A stretch of DNA of 64,000 nt from an uncultured Gammaproteobacteria bacterium. Its GTDB lineage: Bacteria; Patescibacteriota; Microgenomatia; Levybacterales; GWA1-39-11. Shown in pieces: positions 27,962 through 38,023 of this stretch; position 1 is the stretch's first letter, and each line of letters starts with the position of its first letter. The position numbers and the translations under genes were made by a program. The notes under the pieces were generated by a model that saw nothing but the letters and a program-made list of their open reading frames with translations, had not been told where the DNA came from and did no database searches. The stretch spans positions 160,489 to 224,488 of the forward strand of contig CAYVFE010000001.1 of the NCBI GenBank assembly GCA_964450885.1, in the 5' to 3' direction.

Positions 27962-30308
27962 ATTTTTAACTAGCAAGGAGGGTGTTCTATTCAGAGCCTT
28001 ACTTTTCATTGTCTTGACACTTGTTCTCCTTCTGTTTGTTGATGAGCCCTCCGTTTTGTTAAGGATACTGCCTTTATATCTTATCTTTTTGCTACAGGAA
28101 TTATTCATTCATAAAAAACTTGAAAGAATTCATCCGGAAAAAAATGTTAACGACGCAAATGACTTAATTGACGCAACGGTATTTGATATAAGGTCAGAAC
28201 TGTCTTCTTCCAAGAGTGCTTTCACTCTTGTCGAGTCATTACTTATATCAAAGAAAGGGAAATTTATTCGGGAGCGGATAAGCCCCGAGCTTAAATTGAC
28301 TGATGCAAATATAACTAAAGATGCACTTTTGGATAAAGCTTCTGCTTTAGTGAAGGCATTAGAGGGAAAATATATTACATCTTTGGATATTATTACAGCC
28401 TACCTGTTGCTACAGGAGGAAAGTGCACGAATTCTTCAAGACAATAATTTGAATGAAAAAGATTTGCTTACTATTTTGTACTGGGCAAGGAAAAAATTTC
28501 ATATAGGTGAGGTAGAGCCTCCAGCATTTCTGTTTCATGGGAGTGGTGCATTTGATTCTTTGGTTTACGGGTGGACGCCGGAAACAAAAAATTATACATC
28601 TGATTTCACCACCGAGGTGTTAAGCCTTGATTACGAACCCAAAATAATTGGCCGCGAAAAAGACTATAGAGAATTTGTAGAAAGTCTTTCAAAAGGCTCT
28701 GCCAGCAATGTCCTTCTTGTGGGAGATCCAGGAGTTGGCAAGACTACCCTTGTTATGAAATTCGCCCACGATGCTTATAAGGGACTTCTTACAAAAAAAC
28801 TTAAGAATAAAAGAATATATTTTCTTTTTGTAGACAGATTGTTATCTGGTGCAGGCGACAAGGGGGAGATAGAAAGTCGAATCGGAAACATATTCACCGA
28901 AGTCTCACACTCCGGGAATATAATCGTTTTTATCGAGAATATAGAAAATATTTTTGGCGGCGGCGGCGGATTTGAGTTCGATATGTCGGGCGCTATACAA
29001 GCATATCTTGAAAGTAACAGGGTGCAAATCATCGGAACTATTAATCCTCAGGCTTACAAGGATTCTATCGCAACAAAACCTTCGGTACAATCTCTATTTT
29101 CAGAGATAGATTTGGATGCACCTGATCCGAAAATAGCTACATTCATGCTTATAGAAGAAGTAAATATAAGAGAAAAAATGTCAAAAGCGATAGTTACATA
29201 TGGCGCTATAAAAGAAATTGTAGAATCATCAGATCTTTATTCTCCTGATTCTTCTCTTCCCGGATCCGCTGTCAAGCTATTGGAGGATGTAATGGTCAGG
29301 AGTTTTAATTCAGGAAAGAATTTAATTACACGACATGAGGTTTCTGAGATGATAAAGGATAAAACGGGGGTTAAATTGTCTGCGCCTACAGAAGAAGAGA
29401 AGAATACGTTGCTTGCTATGGAGGAGACTTTGCACAAGAGTCTTATCGGCCAAGACGAAGCGGTTTCTTCGGTCTCCAACGCATTAAGACGACTTAGAAG
29501 TGGACTTAGAAAAAAGCAAGGCCCGATTGCATCCTTTCTATTTCTGGGCCCGACAGGAGTAGGTAAAACGACCACTGCAAAACTTTTAGCAAGGGAATAT
29601 TTTGGTAGTGAAGACCGGATGATAAGGGTCGATATGAGTGAGTACCAAACGCAAGATAGTATAAAAAAACTATTAGGCGAGATGCCTGGGGAACAAAGTT
29701 TCAAGAATTCTTTTGTAGACAAAATATCAGAGACCCCTTTTTCCATAGTTTTACTGGATGAATTCGAGAAAGCGCATCCTCAGCTTCTTGACGTTTTTCT
29801 ACAGGTTCTTGACGAGGGATTTGTCACAAATAATAAAGGTAAAAAAATATCGTTTACAAATGCGATAATAATCGCAACTTCAAATGCCGGAAGTCAATTT
29901 ATAAGAGAGAAAATAGAGTCAGGAGGCAGCGCTGTAAAGGATGAATTGATAGATTATATTTTGACAAAAAGTATATTCAAGCCGGAGCTTGTCAACCGTT
30001 TTGATGACGTTGTAGTATTCCATCCGCTATCAAAAGAGCAAGTTGTAAAAATTACAGAGTTAATGCTAACAGATTTAAAGGATAAGTTGATGGAACAATT
30101 TATTGATATAAGTTTTTCTGATAACGCGATAGACAAAATTTCTATAGAATCATTTGACCAAGATTTTGGAGCCAGAAATGTGAGAAGATATATAGAAGAG
30201 AATATTGAAAATCTCGTATCAAGAATGATACTTGAGGGTAAAATCAGCAAGGGTGAGAGATTTATTGTTGGCGTTGGAGATAACGGAGATTTTATTATAG
30301 AGCAGTAA
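27930..30308 (+). CDS. Membrane-anchored ClpC-like Hsp100 AAA+ ATPase with degenerate first AAA+ module
   Basis: Two N-terminal TM helices (LFRALLFIVLTLVLLLFV, LRILPLYLIFLLQELFI). D1 has Walker A GDPGVGKTT but the Walker B region reads IIVFIENIEN, where canonical members have IDEIH. The position normally holding ERRFQ reads QSLFSE. D2 is intact with FLGPTGVGKTT and SIVLLDEFEKAHP. Confidence 0.8.
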   Translation: MQEKIFFNLYRFLTSKEGVLFRALLFIVLTLVLLLFVDEPSVLLRILPLYLIFLLQELFIHKKLERIHPEKNVNDANDLIDATVFDIRSELSSSKSAFTLVESLLISKKGKFIRERISPELKLTDANITKDALLDKASALVKALEGKYITSLDIITAYLLLQEESARILQDNNLNEKDLLTILYWARKKFHIGEVEPPAFLFHGSGAFDSLVYGWTPETKNYTSDFTTEVLSLDYEPKIIGREKDYREFVESLSKGSASNVLLVGDPGVGKTTLVMKFAHDAYKGLLTKKLKNKRIYFLFVDRLLSGAGDKGEIESRIGNIFTEVSHSGNIIVFIENIENIFGGGGGFEFDMSGAIQAYLESNRVQIIGTINPQAYKDSIATKPSVQSLFSEIDLDAPDPKIATFMLIEEVNIREKMSKAIVTYGAIKEIVESSDLYSPDSSLPGSAVKLLEDVMVRSFNSGKNLITRHEVSEMIKDKTGVKLSAPTEEEKNTLLAMEETLHKSLIGQDEAVSSVSNALRRLRSGLRKKQGPIASFLFLGPTGVGKTTTAKLLAREYFGSEDRMIRVDMSEYQTQDSIKKLLGEMPGEQSFKNSFVDKISETPFSIVLLDEFEKAHPQLLDVFLQVLDEGFVTNNKGKKISFTNAIIIATSNAGSQFIREKIESGGSAVKDELIDYILTKSIFKPELVNRFDDVVVFHPLSKEQVVKITELMLTDLKDKLMEQFIDISFSDNAIDKISIESFDQDFGARNVRRYIEENIENLVSRMILEGKISKGERFIVGVGDNGDFIIEQ

Positions 30309-31312
30309 TGAAAATAGTAATTTTTGAAGCAGACAAAACGGAGCAGAATTATTTTGTGATGGCACTTCCATCGCATGAGCTAATTTTCGTGGATGATGAG
30401 CTTTCTTCTGACACTGTAGGTCAGGCGAAGGATGCGGAGATGGTTGTGGTGTTCGTATATTCAAGAGTAAGTAAGGAGCTAATTGACCTGATGCCAAATC
30501 TAAAATTTATTACGACTATGTCTACGGGCTTTGATCATATAGATCTTGATGCGGCAAAGTTAAAAAACATAGTAGTTTCAAATGTACCGGTATATGCAGA
30601 AACTGTAGTTGCAGAGCATGCATTTGCTTTACTTTTATCAATTTCAAGGCGCCTTGAAGAGTCTTTTGAAAGGGCAAGAAAAGGTGAATTCAACCCGGAA
30701 GGACTTACCGGATTTGAACTGAGAGGAAAGACCTTGGGAATTATAGGGATTGGTGCGATCGGTTCTCATGTGATTGAGATCGCGAATGGATTTGGAATGA
30801 ATGTCGTAGCTTACGCGAGGCATCCGGATTTAGTTATGGAGCAGAAGATGAGATTTAAACATGTGGATTTGCCAGTTCTTTTTTCGAAAAGCGATGTCAT
30901 ATCCTTGCATATACCTTACAATAAAAACACGCATCATTTTCTTTCAGAAGAACAGTTCTCTCAGATGAAGCAGAATGTAGTGGTAATAAATACTGCTCGA
31001 GGTGGACTTATCCATAATGGAGCGCTTCTAAAAGCGTTGGAGTCCGGGAAAGTTTATGCTGCAGGACTCGACGTACTAGAAGAAGAACCAGTTCTGCACG
31101 AAGAAAAGCAGCTGCTTTCAAATAAATTCGAGAAAGAGAAGCTGCAGTCGGTGCTTGAGGACCACATGCTTTGTAATCATCCAAAAGTAGTTATCACTCC
31201 CCATAACGCATTTAATAGTTATGAGGCGTTAAATAAAATTTTGGAGACGACACATGACAATATAGAATCATTTATTGCAGGAACTCCGATAAATATAGTC
31301 AATAAGGATTAG
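30308..31312 (+). CDS. D-isomer-specific 2-hydroxyacid dehydrogenase family protein
   Basis: NAD-binding GIIGIGAIGSHV and catalytic-domain patterns (ARGGLI...LDVLEEEP...HNAFNS). Confidence 0.8.
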   Translation: MKIVIFEADKTEQNYFVMALPSHELIFVDDELSSDTVGQAKDAEMVVVFVYSRVSKELIDLMPNLKFITTMSTGFDHIDLDAAKLKNIVVSNVPVYAETVVAEHAFALLLSISRRLEESFERARKGEFNPEGLTGFELRGKTLGIIGIGAIGSHVIEIANGFGMNVVAYARHPDLVMEQKMRFKHVDLPVLFSKSDVISLHIPYNKNTHHFLSEEQFSQMKQNVVVINTARGGLIHNGALLKALESGKVYAAGLDVLEEEPVLHEEKQLLSNKFEKEKLQSVLEDHMLCNHPKVVITPHNAFNSYEALNKILETTHDNIESFIAGTPINIVNKD

Positions 31313-31348
31313 TTTAATATTTTCTATCTCCGCGCTATAATAAGCATA

Positions 31349-32404
31349 ATGCAATTCAAGAATTACTTAGATAGTACAAAAAAAGATATTTCGATTTATT
31401 TTAAAAAAATTATAGAAGATAAATCCAAGACGGAACCCGCGCAGCTCAAAGATCTTAAGATACTTTCGGAGATCGAAGAGTTTGCACTACGGGGGAAGCT
31501 TATACGTGGGACTCTTTTTATCCTGACGTGTCGGATTTTAGGACAAAAGATAACAGATGACCATTTAAAGATTGCAGCTGCGATCGAACTCATTCACTCA
31601 GGACTTCTTATTCACGATGACATAATCGATAACGACAGAATGAGACGGGGAGAAAAATCAGTTTTTGCAAAGTACGAGGAAAGAGCGGCAGATTTAGATG
31701 TTATCGATGCGTCTCACTATGGGAAGTCTATGGCGATTGTAGTCGCGGACGCAGCCTATTTTTATGCTTTCGAAATCATATCTCAGATAAAATATGATAG
31801 GACACTAGAGCTTTTGAATTTTTTGGCGAAAGAAATTTACCTTGTTTGTTTGGCCGAAGGACTGGACTCGCAACTTGGCCAGAGTAATCTTGAGACAAGA
31901 CGAGAATCTATTCTAGAAGTTTATAAATACAAGACTGCTCGATATACTTTTTCTATGCCATTTACGATGGGGTGTATTTATTCGAATAGTAATAATGAAA
32001 TTAAGAAAACGCTTGATGAGTTGGGGGAAAAAGCAGGACTGATTTTTCAGTTAAAGGATGATGAGATAGGTTTTTTTGGAAAGGAAGAGGAAATAGGAAA
32101 GCCAGTTGGTTCTGATATTAGAGAAAATAAGAAAACAATTTTTCGTGATATTTTATTTAAAAAGGCAGATGCTAATGATAGGTTAGTTTTGGAAAAGTAT
32201 TTTGGAAATGCAGACATCGATATTGATCAGATAGAGATAATAAGAGCTCTTGCAATAAAATATGAAGTTAAAAAAGAAATTAAGGAAATGACCGATAGCT
32301 CGATGAAAGATATTAGAGCTTTGATAAAAAGAATAGACGTTGATAACAAGTACATGGACATCCTAAGACAACTTTTGGATTACAACTTAGATAGAAAGTC
32401 CTAA
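31349..32404 (+). CDS. Trans-isoprenyl (polyprenyl) diphosphate synthase
   Basis: First Asp-rich motif LIHDDIIDNDRMRRG. Second Asp-rich region FQLKDDEIG is a variant. GKxxR context. Confidence 0.75.
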   Translation: MQFKNYLDSTKKDISIYFKKIIEDKSKTEPAQLKDLKILSEIEEFALRGKLIRGTLFILTCRILGQKITDDHLKIAAAIELIHSGLLIHDDIIDNDRMRRGEKSVFAKYEERAADLDVIDASHYGKSMAIVVADAAYFYAFEIISQIKYDRTLELLNFLAKEIYLVCLAEGLDSQLGQSNLETRRESILEVYKYKTARYTFSMPFTMGCIYSNSNNEIKKTLDELGEKAGLIFQLKDDEIGFFGKEEEIGKPVGSDIRENKKTIFRDILFKKADANDRLVLEKYFGNADIDIDQIEIIRALAIKYEVKKEIKEMTDSSMKDIRALIKRIDVDNKYMDILRQLLDYNLDRKS

Positions 32405-35400
32405 CGCCTTTTTAGATATTCACCAGAATATATAAAGTAATATATAACTGGAATAAAGAAAAGCATTATTGCTCCCGAGAAAACGAGTCCTGCAATTATA
32501 GCTCCCCCAAGCCCGCGCCATAAGGGATCAGAAAGAGTAATCGGAATGAGTCCAATTATGGTAGTCAATGAAGTTAGAAAGATCGGTTCTAGTCTACTGG
32601 ATGCTCCATCGATTACAGATTTGGTAAATGAGATCTTGTTGTCTAGATTCTGATTTATGGTGTGAATCATGACTATCGAATTATTTACGACTATTCCAAA
32701 AAGCGCAAGAAGTCCAATGAGCGCTGGGAAGGAGAGGGGAATTCCAAATAGCGCAAAAATTATGAATACTCCAGATACCGCAAGAGGAATAACAAGCATC
32801 ACAACGAGCGCTTTTCTGAATGACCCAAGCTGTATCACTATTGTAATCAGGATTAGAATAGATGAGACAATCATTGCCTGAAGGATTGAATTTATAGAAT
32901 TTTGGTTTTCTTCATTAACTCCTCCGGTTTTTAGTTCATATCCGTCGGGAAGGGTGAGTCTATTTGCAAAATCCAAAACCTTCTGGTTTTCCTCAGGAAT
33001 ATTATATCCTGGAATAACTGATCCACCTATGCTTATGAATCGCTTCTGTTCTTCTCTATTGATCAATGTCGGATTCTGTTCGAGTGTAAATTCACCTAAA
33101 TCTAAAAGTGGAACATCGCCACCCTGAGTAGGAATATTTAGGTAGTTTAATGTTTGGGGATCATTCTCTCCGGCAATACGTATTTGGATAGGAATATTAT
33201 CATCCTCAATACGCAGGTCATCAGGAGACATTCCGCTGAGATAACTTCTCATCGTAAATCCTAAGGTGTCGATCGTTAAACCATATTCACTTAGCTTTGA
33301 TGTATCTGGCACGAATACCATTTTTCCTATTCCAGGTTCTATCGATTTTTCGACATTGGTTACTCCTGGTTGTTCATTCATGAATTCACCTATCTCGTCT
33401 GCGATTTTATCTAGTGTTTGAAGATCTGTTCCAAGAATTGTTATCAATATATCGTCACCGACTGGTGGTCCGCCGCTAACTTCAACAACAGAAAATTCGC
33501 CGTTTGGATAATCTGAGAATGCGTTTCTCAACTCCTGAGATATTTGTATAGAGTCATTATTTCTATAAGTCTCATCGACAAGACTGATAGTTAGGGTAAG
33601 ATCACCTCCTATTGCAAAAGCTCCTTGACCTGAGCCATACTGAGTTGTTACGAATTTGATATCAGGATGTTCCTGAATAATCCCACTAAGTCTTATTGCT
33701 TCCTTTTCGATAAAGTCCTGGTTAGTCCCACTAGGAAAATCTATCGCTACATAGAATTCATCAGATGGACTAGCAGGGAAAAACTCATTTTTTACAAGCC
33801 CGAGTGGGAGCAAGAGATATGAAAATATCGAAAAAATTACAACTGCGATTAGGGTCTTTCTTCTTGCTGTTCTGGAGTTAATGATCCTACTTAGGGCGCG
33901 GTTATATTTTTGATTAACAAGATCGAACTGTATAATTCCTCTGTCTGCTGCCACTTTCGCTTTATTCAGAAGTGCCCTTTGGCTAGTCGTAGGTTTGAGC
34001 TTTTTCAACAGTTTGATTCTGAGTTTGAATGTTGCTAGTAGTAAAACAATATAGATGAATAATGTAGGAATAAAAATAATGCTATTTGGTATTAGCATGA
34101 AGCCGATAAGCAGGAATGCTAACACTCCTATTGTATAAAAAAGAACAACGACTCTTTTTGGAATATTAGGTTTTAAAACAAAAATCAAAATCGGGATAGT
34201 TATATAGAAAGCAATCATGGTTGATGATATTAGTGTTGCCGAGACAACTATCGGTATGGTTTTTATGAATTCTCCTATGATTCCGGTTGCAAGAAGCAAT
34301 GGTAAAAACGCCCATACGGTCGTAAGAGTAGTTGCCCATACTGGTGAGAAAAAATCCCTATATACGAGTAATCCAGATTCTTCTGCAGTAAATCTTTTTG
34401 ACTTGTAGTAACTTGTTGCGGCTGACAATATAACAATCGCATTATCCACAAGAAGACCGAGAGCAAGCAGCAGGGAAAAAAGAGACAGAAAATTTATGCT
34501 TATTCCACTAATCTGCATAACTACAAAACTTATAAGAATCGATAGAGGGATAGTGAATGATGCAAGGACAGCCTGTCTTAGTCCAAGCACAGCCAGGAGT
34601 ACTATAAATACTAGAAGAATTGTAATTCCAAAATTTGTAGCAAGCTCATTGAATTGATCGTTAATAAGTTTCGCATAATCCGTTATTTCAATTACCTCGT
34701 ATTTTCCATCTTCTCTTGCAGTAGCATCTTGGATTACAGCTTTTACATCCTGCACAGCCTTTGTGATATCTGCGCTTGAAGTCTTATAAACTGAAAGTAC
34801 AACTACCTGTCTGGGATCTATCTTTTCGGCAAGATACGATTTTTGTTGATCAGGAGATGTAGATACATAAACGCTTGCAATATCAGCAAGCCTTACGTTA
34901 TTGCCGCTGATTTCTACTTGAAGGTCTCTAAGATCTTCAATGGAATTTATTTCTGGATCTATACTTACAGTAAATACATTTTTGTCGGTTTTTATAGTTC
35001 CGATAGGATAAGACGTAAGAGATGTTCTTATAGATTGAGAAATTTGATTTACCGAAATACTATATTGATTAATTATCTCAGGCTTAATCTCGATTCTTAT
35101 TTCATCTTCATATAGTCCCGATGGGCTTATCCTGTTTACTGTACTTAGCTTCTCTAAGGAGTCACTTAGGTCTCTTGTAAAGTTCATAAGAGACGCAAGA
35201 TCGTTTTCTGATCTTATAGCAAAGGTATAGACTGTTTGGTCTTCAAAATCTATTTCCGCAACTCGCGGAGTTGTAGCATCTTCTGGGAGATCATCCACGT
35301 TATTTACAGCTTTTTGTACATCATTTACTGCATCATCTGTATTAACTGAAGATGCGAACTCTAACGTTATAGTGGAACTACTATTTAATGAGGTACTAGT

Positions 35401-35697
35401 TATGGTATTTAGATCTGTAAGAGATGAAAGTTGTTCTTCTAGAGGAATTGTTATGAGTGATTCGACATCTGCAGGACTTGCTCCTGGAAGATTTGAAGAA
35501 ACGACAACAATCGGAATTTTTACTTCGGGATTAAGCCTTCTTGGTAGTGTTGAAAAGCTAGTTAGTCCACCTATCAGGATTATTATCAAAACCAGGATTA
35601 CAAGTCGTATATTTGTTAGATAGCGTCCCGCAAAACTTTCCTTGATTTTTTTATCAAAGCGAATAAGTTGTAAATAATTTTTCTCTTTGCCTGCCAT
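32401..35697 (-). CDS. RND-superfamily efflux transporter permease
   Basis: 1098 aa with 12 TM helices in two 6-TM bundles separated by large periplasmic loops, the AcrB/MMPL architecture. Confidence 0.75.
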   Translation of the reverse strand: MAGKEKNYLQLIRFDKKIKESFAGRYLTNIRLVILVLIIILIGGLTSFSTLPRRLNPEVKIPIVVVSSNLPGASPADVESLITIPLEEQLSSLTDLNTITSTSLNSSSTITLEFASSVNTDDAVNDVQKAVNNVDDLPEDATTPRVAEIDFEDQTVYTFAIRSENDLASLMNFTRDLSDSLEKLSTVNRISPSGLYEDEIRIEIKPEIINQYSISVNQISQSIRTSLTSYPIGTIKTDKNVFTVSIDPEINSIEDLRDLQVEISGNNVRLADIASVYVSTSPDQQKSYLAEKIDPRQVVVLSVYKTSSADITKAVQDVKAVIQDATAREDGKYEVIEITDYAKLINDQFNELATNFGITILLVFIVLLAVLGLRQAVLASFTIPLSILISFVVMQISGISINFLSLFSLLLALGLLVDNAIVILSAATSYYKSKRFTAEESGLLVYRDFFSPVWATTLTTVWAFLPLLLATGIIGEFIKTIPIVVSATLISSTMIAFYITIPILIFVLKPNIPKRVVVLFYTIGVLAFLLIGFMLIPNSIIFIPTLFIYIVLLLATFKLRIKLLKKLKPTTSQRALLNKAKVAADRGIIQFDLVNQKYNRALSRIINSRTARRKTLIAVVIFSIFSYLLLPLGLVKNEFFPASPSDEFYVAIDFPSGTNQDFIEKEAIRLSGIIQEHPDIKFVTTQYGSGQGAFAIGGDLTLTISLVDETYRNNDSIQISQELRNAFSDYPNGEFSVVEVSGGPPVGDDILITILGTDLQTLDKIADEIGEFMNEQPGVTNVEKSIEPGIGKMVFVPDTSKLSEYGLTIDTLGFTMRSYLSGMSPDDLRIEDDNIPIQIRIAGENDPQTLNYLNIPTQGGDVPLLDLGEFTLEQNPTLINREEQKRFISIGGSVIPGYNIPEENQKVLDFANRLTLPDGYELKTGGVNEENQNSINSILQAMIVSSILILITIVIQLGSFRKALVVMLVIPLAVSGVFIIFALFGIPLSFPALIGLLALFGIVVNNSIVMIHTINQNLDNKISFTKSVIDGASSRLEPIFLTSLTTIIGLIPITLSDPLWRGLGGAIIAGLVFSGAIMLFFIPVIYYFIYSGEYLKRR

Positions 35698-35703
35698 GCA
35701 TTT

Positions 35704-37182
35704 CTAGAATGAAATAAGTTCTCCCTCAGAGATGTTTCTTGTCAAGATTACATATTGGTACCGTGATAGGTCATTGCTGCTGATTTCTGCAAGATTACCC
35801 CGGATGCTCCCTACCTCTATAGAAATAGCCTGCGCCTTATCCCCACTTACTACATATATGGTAGAAGAGTCGGGTAGGGTATGTATTGCATCAATCGGAA
35901 CATAGATTGCTCCATCAGTCTTCGAGTTCACGTCAAGTGGTACTATTATATTTACATATGAATTATTGGAGATACTGTTTTGATAGGAATCTGGTATGGA
36001 ATATAAAACAGATGATAAGTTTCCATCAGTTGCATCTATGGATATGTGTTCAGGAAAGATTTCTATCTCATTTTCGTTGATAATGACCTTAGTAGCTCTG
36101 TCTTTACTTATCATTTGTGACAGATCGAATGGGATTTTCGCGATGAGTTGGAGATTTTGATCTCCATGAATAACCATAAGTGGAGTTCCTGGATTTACCA
36201 GTTCGCCTTCCTTTACGAAAATTCTTTCCACGGTCGCTTTAATAGGCGAAGCTGGAAACATTAAGGATTCTTGAATCTGTGCTATCTGGAGCTGAAGTCC
36301 TGCGGTTTTAAGAGATAGCTCCAGTGCCTTTTCTTGGACATCCAGCTGTTTTAGCGCGATTTCCTTTGTGAGATTAGATAGGTCAGCCTGAGGAGTATCG
36401 CCTCTGGATTGGTAGCGTGTATTGTCCAGTCCGCTTTGTAGCTGATTCAATCCAGACTGTATCTGACTTTTTAATTGTTTGGTTGAAAGTATCGCATCAT
36501 CATTTACGCCTCCTACGTTTCCAGATTCTAGCTCATCCAGGTTGGAGTTGATGCTATCCAGAACGTCTTGATTTAGTTCAATCAGATCCTCAGTTCGCTC
36601 AATAGAATCGTCTGCTATTTCACGCAGTTCATCTGCATTCTCGTCCTGTTTGTTTGCTATTTCTTTTTGTTTTGAAATAATTTCTTTTTGGGTGTCATAC
36701 GTATCCTTGGTGTTTTGGTACTGTGCTCCTGCTAGTTGGCGTTGAACAGATGGAGCACTTGATCCTTGATAGTTGGAAGACAGCGAGATAAGTTTTCTTC
36801 CAGGACTAACTATATCTCCAGCTTTTACATCAATACTTTTGACTATTCCTGAAGTTTGAGCAGTAATGGTAATAATTCCAGATTTCTCTATCTGTCCCTG
36901 GATGGATATTTCGCTTGGGTTTCCTGTGTCATACACCTGCACATTCTTAACTATTTTTTGTGTACTTTTGTCCTCTTGGGATGGGGTCCTAAGAATATTT
37001 CCTAATACGATAAGTACTAGCAAAACAAGAACGAAGAGTGTGATAGAGAGAAGTGGCCTTTTTTCAAATCGTCTTATAAAAACAGGATAAGTATTTTTTA
37101 GTTTTTTGATTATATTTTTGCGTTTTTTCCTAAAGAAGATGTTAATATTTTTGAGCCTGCTCATAGAAAGCAAGTATATCAT
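35704..37182 (-). CDS. Periplasmic adaptor (membrane-fusion/HlyD-like) subunit for the RND pump
   Basis: N-terminal TM anchor, long coiled-coil, and barrel/lipoyl-like segments GIVKSIDVKAGDIV and GTPLMVIH. Immediately upstream of and co-oriented with the RND gene. Confidence 0.6.
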   Translation of the reverse strand: MIYLLSMSRLKNINIFFRKKRKNIIKKLKNTYPVFIRRFEKRPLLSITLFVLVLLVLIVLGNILRTPSQEDKSTQKIVKNVQVYDTGNPSEISIQGQIEKSGIITITAQTSGIVKSIDVKAGDIVSPGRKLISLSSNYQGSSAPSVQRQLAGAQYQNTKDTYDTQKEIISKQKEIANKQDENADELREIADDSIERTEDLIELNQDVLDSINSNLDELESGNVGGVNDDAILSTKQLKSQIQSGLNQLQSGLDNTRYQSRGDTPQADLSNLTKEIALKQLDVQEKALELSLKTAGLQLQIAQIQESLMFPASPIKATVERIFVKEGELVNPGTPLMVIHGDQNLQLIAKIPFDLSQMISKDRATKVIINENEIEIFPEHISIDATDGNLSSVLYSIPDSYQNSISNNSYVNIIVPLDVNSKTDGAIYVPIDAIHTLPDSSTIYVVSGDKAQAISIEVGSIRGNLAEISSNDLSRYQYVILTRNISEGELISF

Positions 37183-37208
37183 AATAGTGCTTTGTGTAAA
37201 GTACTATT
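37183..37208. promoter_or_regulatory. Palindrome AATAGTGCTTT-N4-AAAGTACTATT in the divergent promoter region between the RND operon and the holin-like gene
   Basis: 11 bp inverted arms with one mismatch and a 4 bp spacer, starting one base after the adaptor gene start codon. Confidence 0.3.
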
Positions 37209-37244
37209 TATTGCATGGGGGCTTGGAATTTGCTAACCTAAAGC

Positions 37245-37580
37245 ATGAATATAATCGTTAGAGTTCTTATTCAGACAGTTGCTATATTTATTGCTGCATA
37301 TATTCTTCCGGGCGTGGAGGTCGATTCTCTTACGACTACTTTAATAGTTGCAATCGTTCTTGGAGTAATCAATGTGTTTCTAAAACCCATACTGGTTCTT
37401 TTGACACTTCCTATAACTCTAGTTACGTTCGGACTATTTATCTTTGTTATCAATGCTCTCCTAGTCCTATTAGTGAGTAGTTTAGTCAGCGGTTTTTATG
37501 TTGACGGGTTCTTGTGGGCGCTTCTTTTCAGCATAATAGTTTCACTCGTGTCTGCATTCCTAGAAAGTTTAAGTAAATAA
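37245..37580 (+). CDS. Phage-holin family 4 (YvlD/DUF360-like) membrane protein
   Basis: 111 aa, 4 TM. IVAIVLGVINVFLKPILVLLTLPITLVTFGLFIFVINALLV matches the conserved core of superfamily-IV holin-like proteins. Confidence 0.55.
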   Translation: MNIIVRVLIQTVAIFIAAYILPGVEVDSLTTTLIVAIVLGVINVFLKPILVLLTLPITLVTFGLFIFVINALLVLLVSSLVSGFYVDGFLWALLFSIIVSLVSAFLESLSK

Positions 37581-38021
37581 CTAAAGCTGATTGAGGTCTT
37601 CGTCTAGTGGAACAAATTCTTCGTCAAGGCTTTCTTCCAGATCCACATTTATTACTTCTTGTTCCTCTGTATTTGCTGGTGTTGGGTCAGGATTTTGTGT
37701 AGGTTCTGTTTGTGCAGCGGGGGCAGGTGTTGGAATTTGAGTCTCTGGTTCAGAAGCCTGCCTTATTATCAGAAAATAAAGCGCTACAACTATTACGATA
37801 AATATCGTGAGTATTCCTCCAACTATAATGGCCCCACCTTTTCCGCCACCGGATTTTGCTGGAGGAGTCGGAACGCTACTGGGTTGCGGAGTACTTTGTG
37901 TTACAGGAGGAGTAGTAGGCGGAGGAGTGACTGGAGCCGCATTATTTACAGGATTTATAGGAGGGGTTTGTGCGTTTTCGCTTGTTGGGTTAGTGTTAGG
38001 ATTTGGGGTTTTGTCTTCCAT
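37581..38021 (-). CDS. Pro/Thr-rich single-pass membrane protein
   Basis: 146 aa, low-complexity P/T/N-rich N-terminus, one TM helix, acidic C-terminus. Confidence 0.4.
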   Translation of the reverse strand: MEDKTPNPNTNPTSENAQTPPINPVNNAAPVTPPPTTPPVTQSTPQPSSVPTPPAKSGGGKGGAIIVGGILTIFIVIVVALYFLIIRQASEPETQIPTPAPAAQTEPTQNPDPTPANTEEQEVINVDLEESLDEEFVPLDEDLNQL

Positions 38022-38023
38022 AT

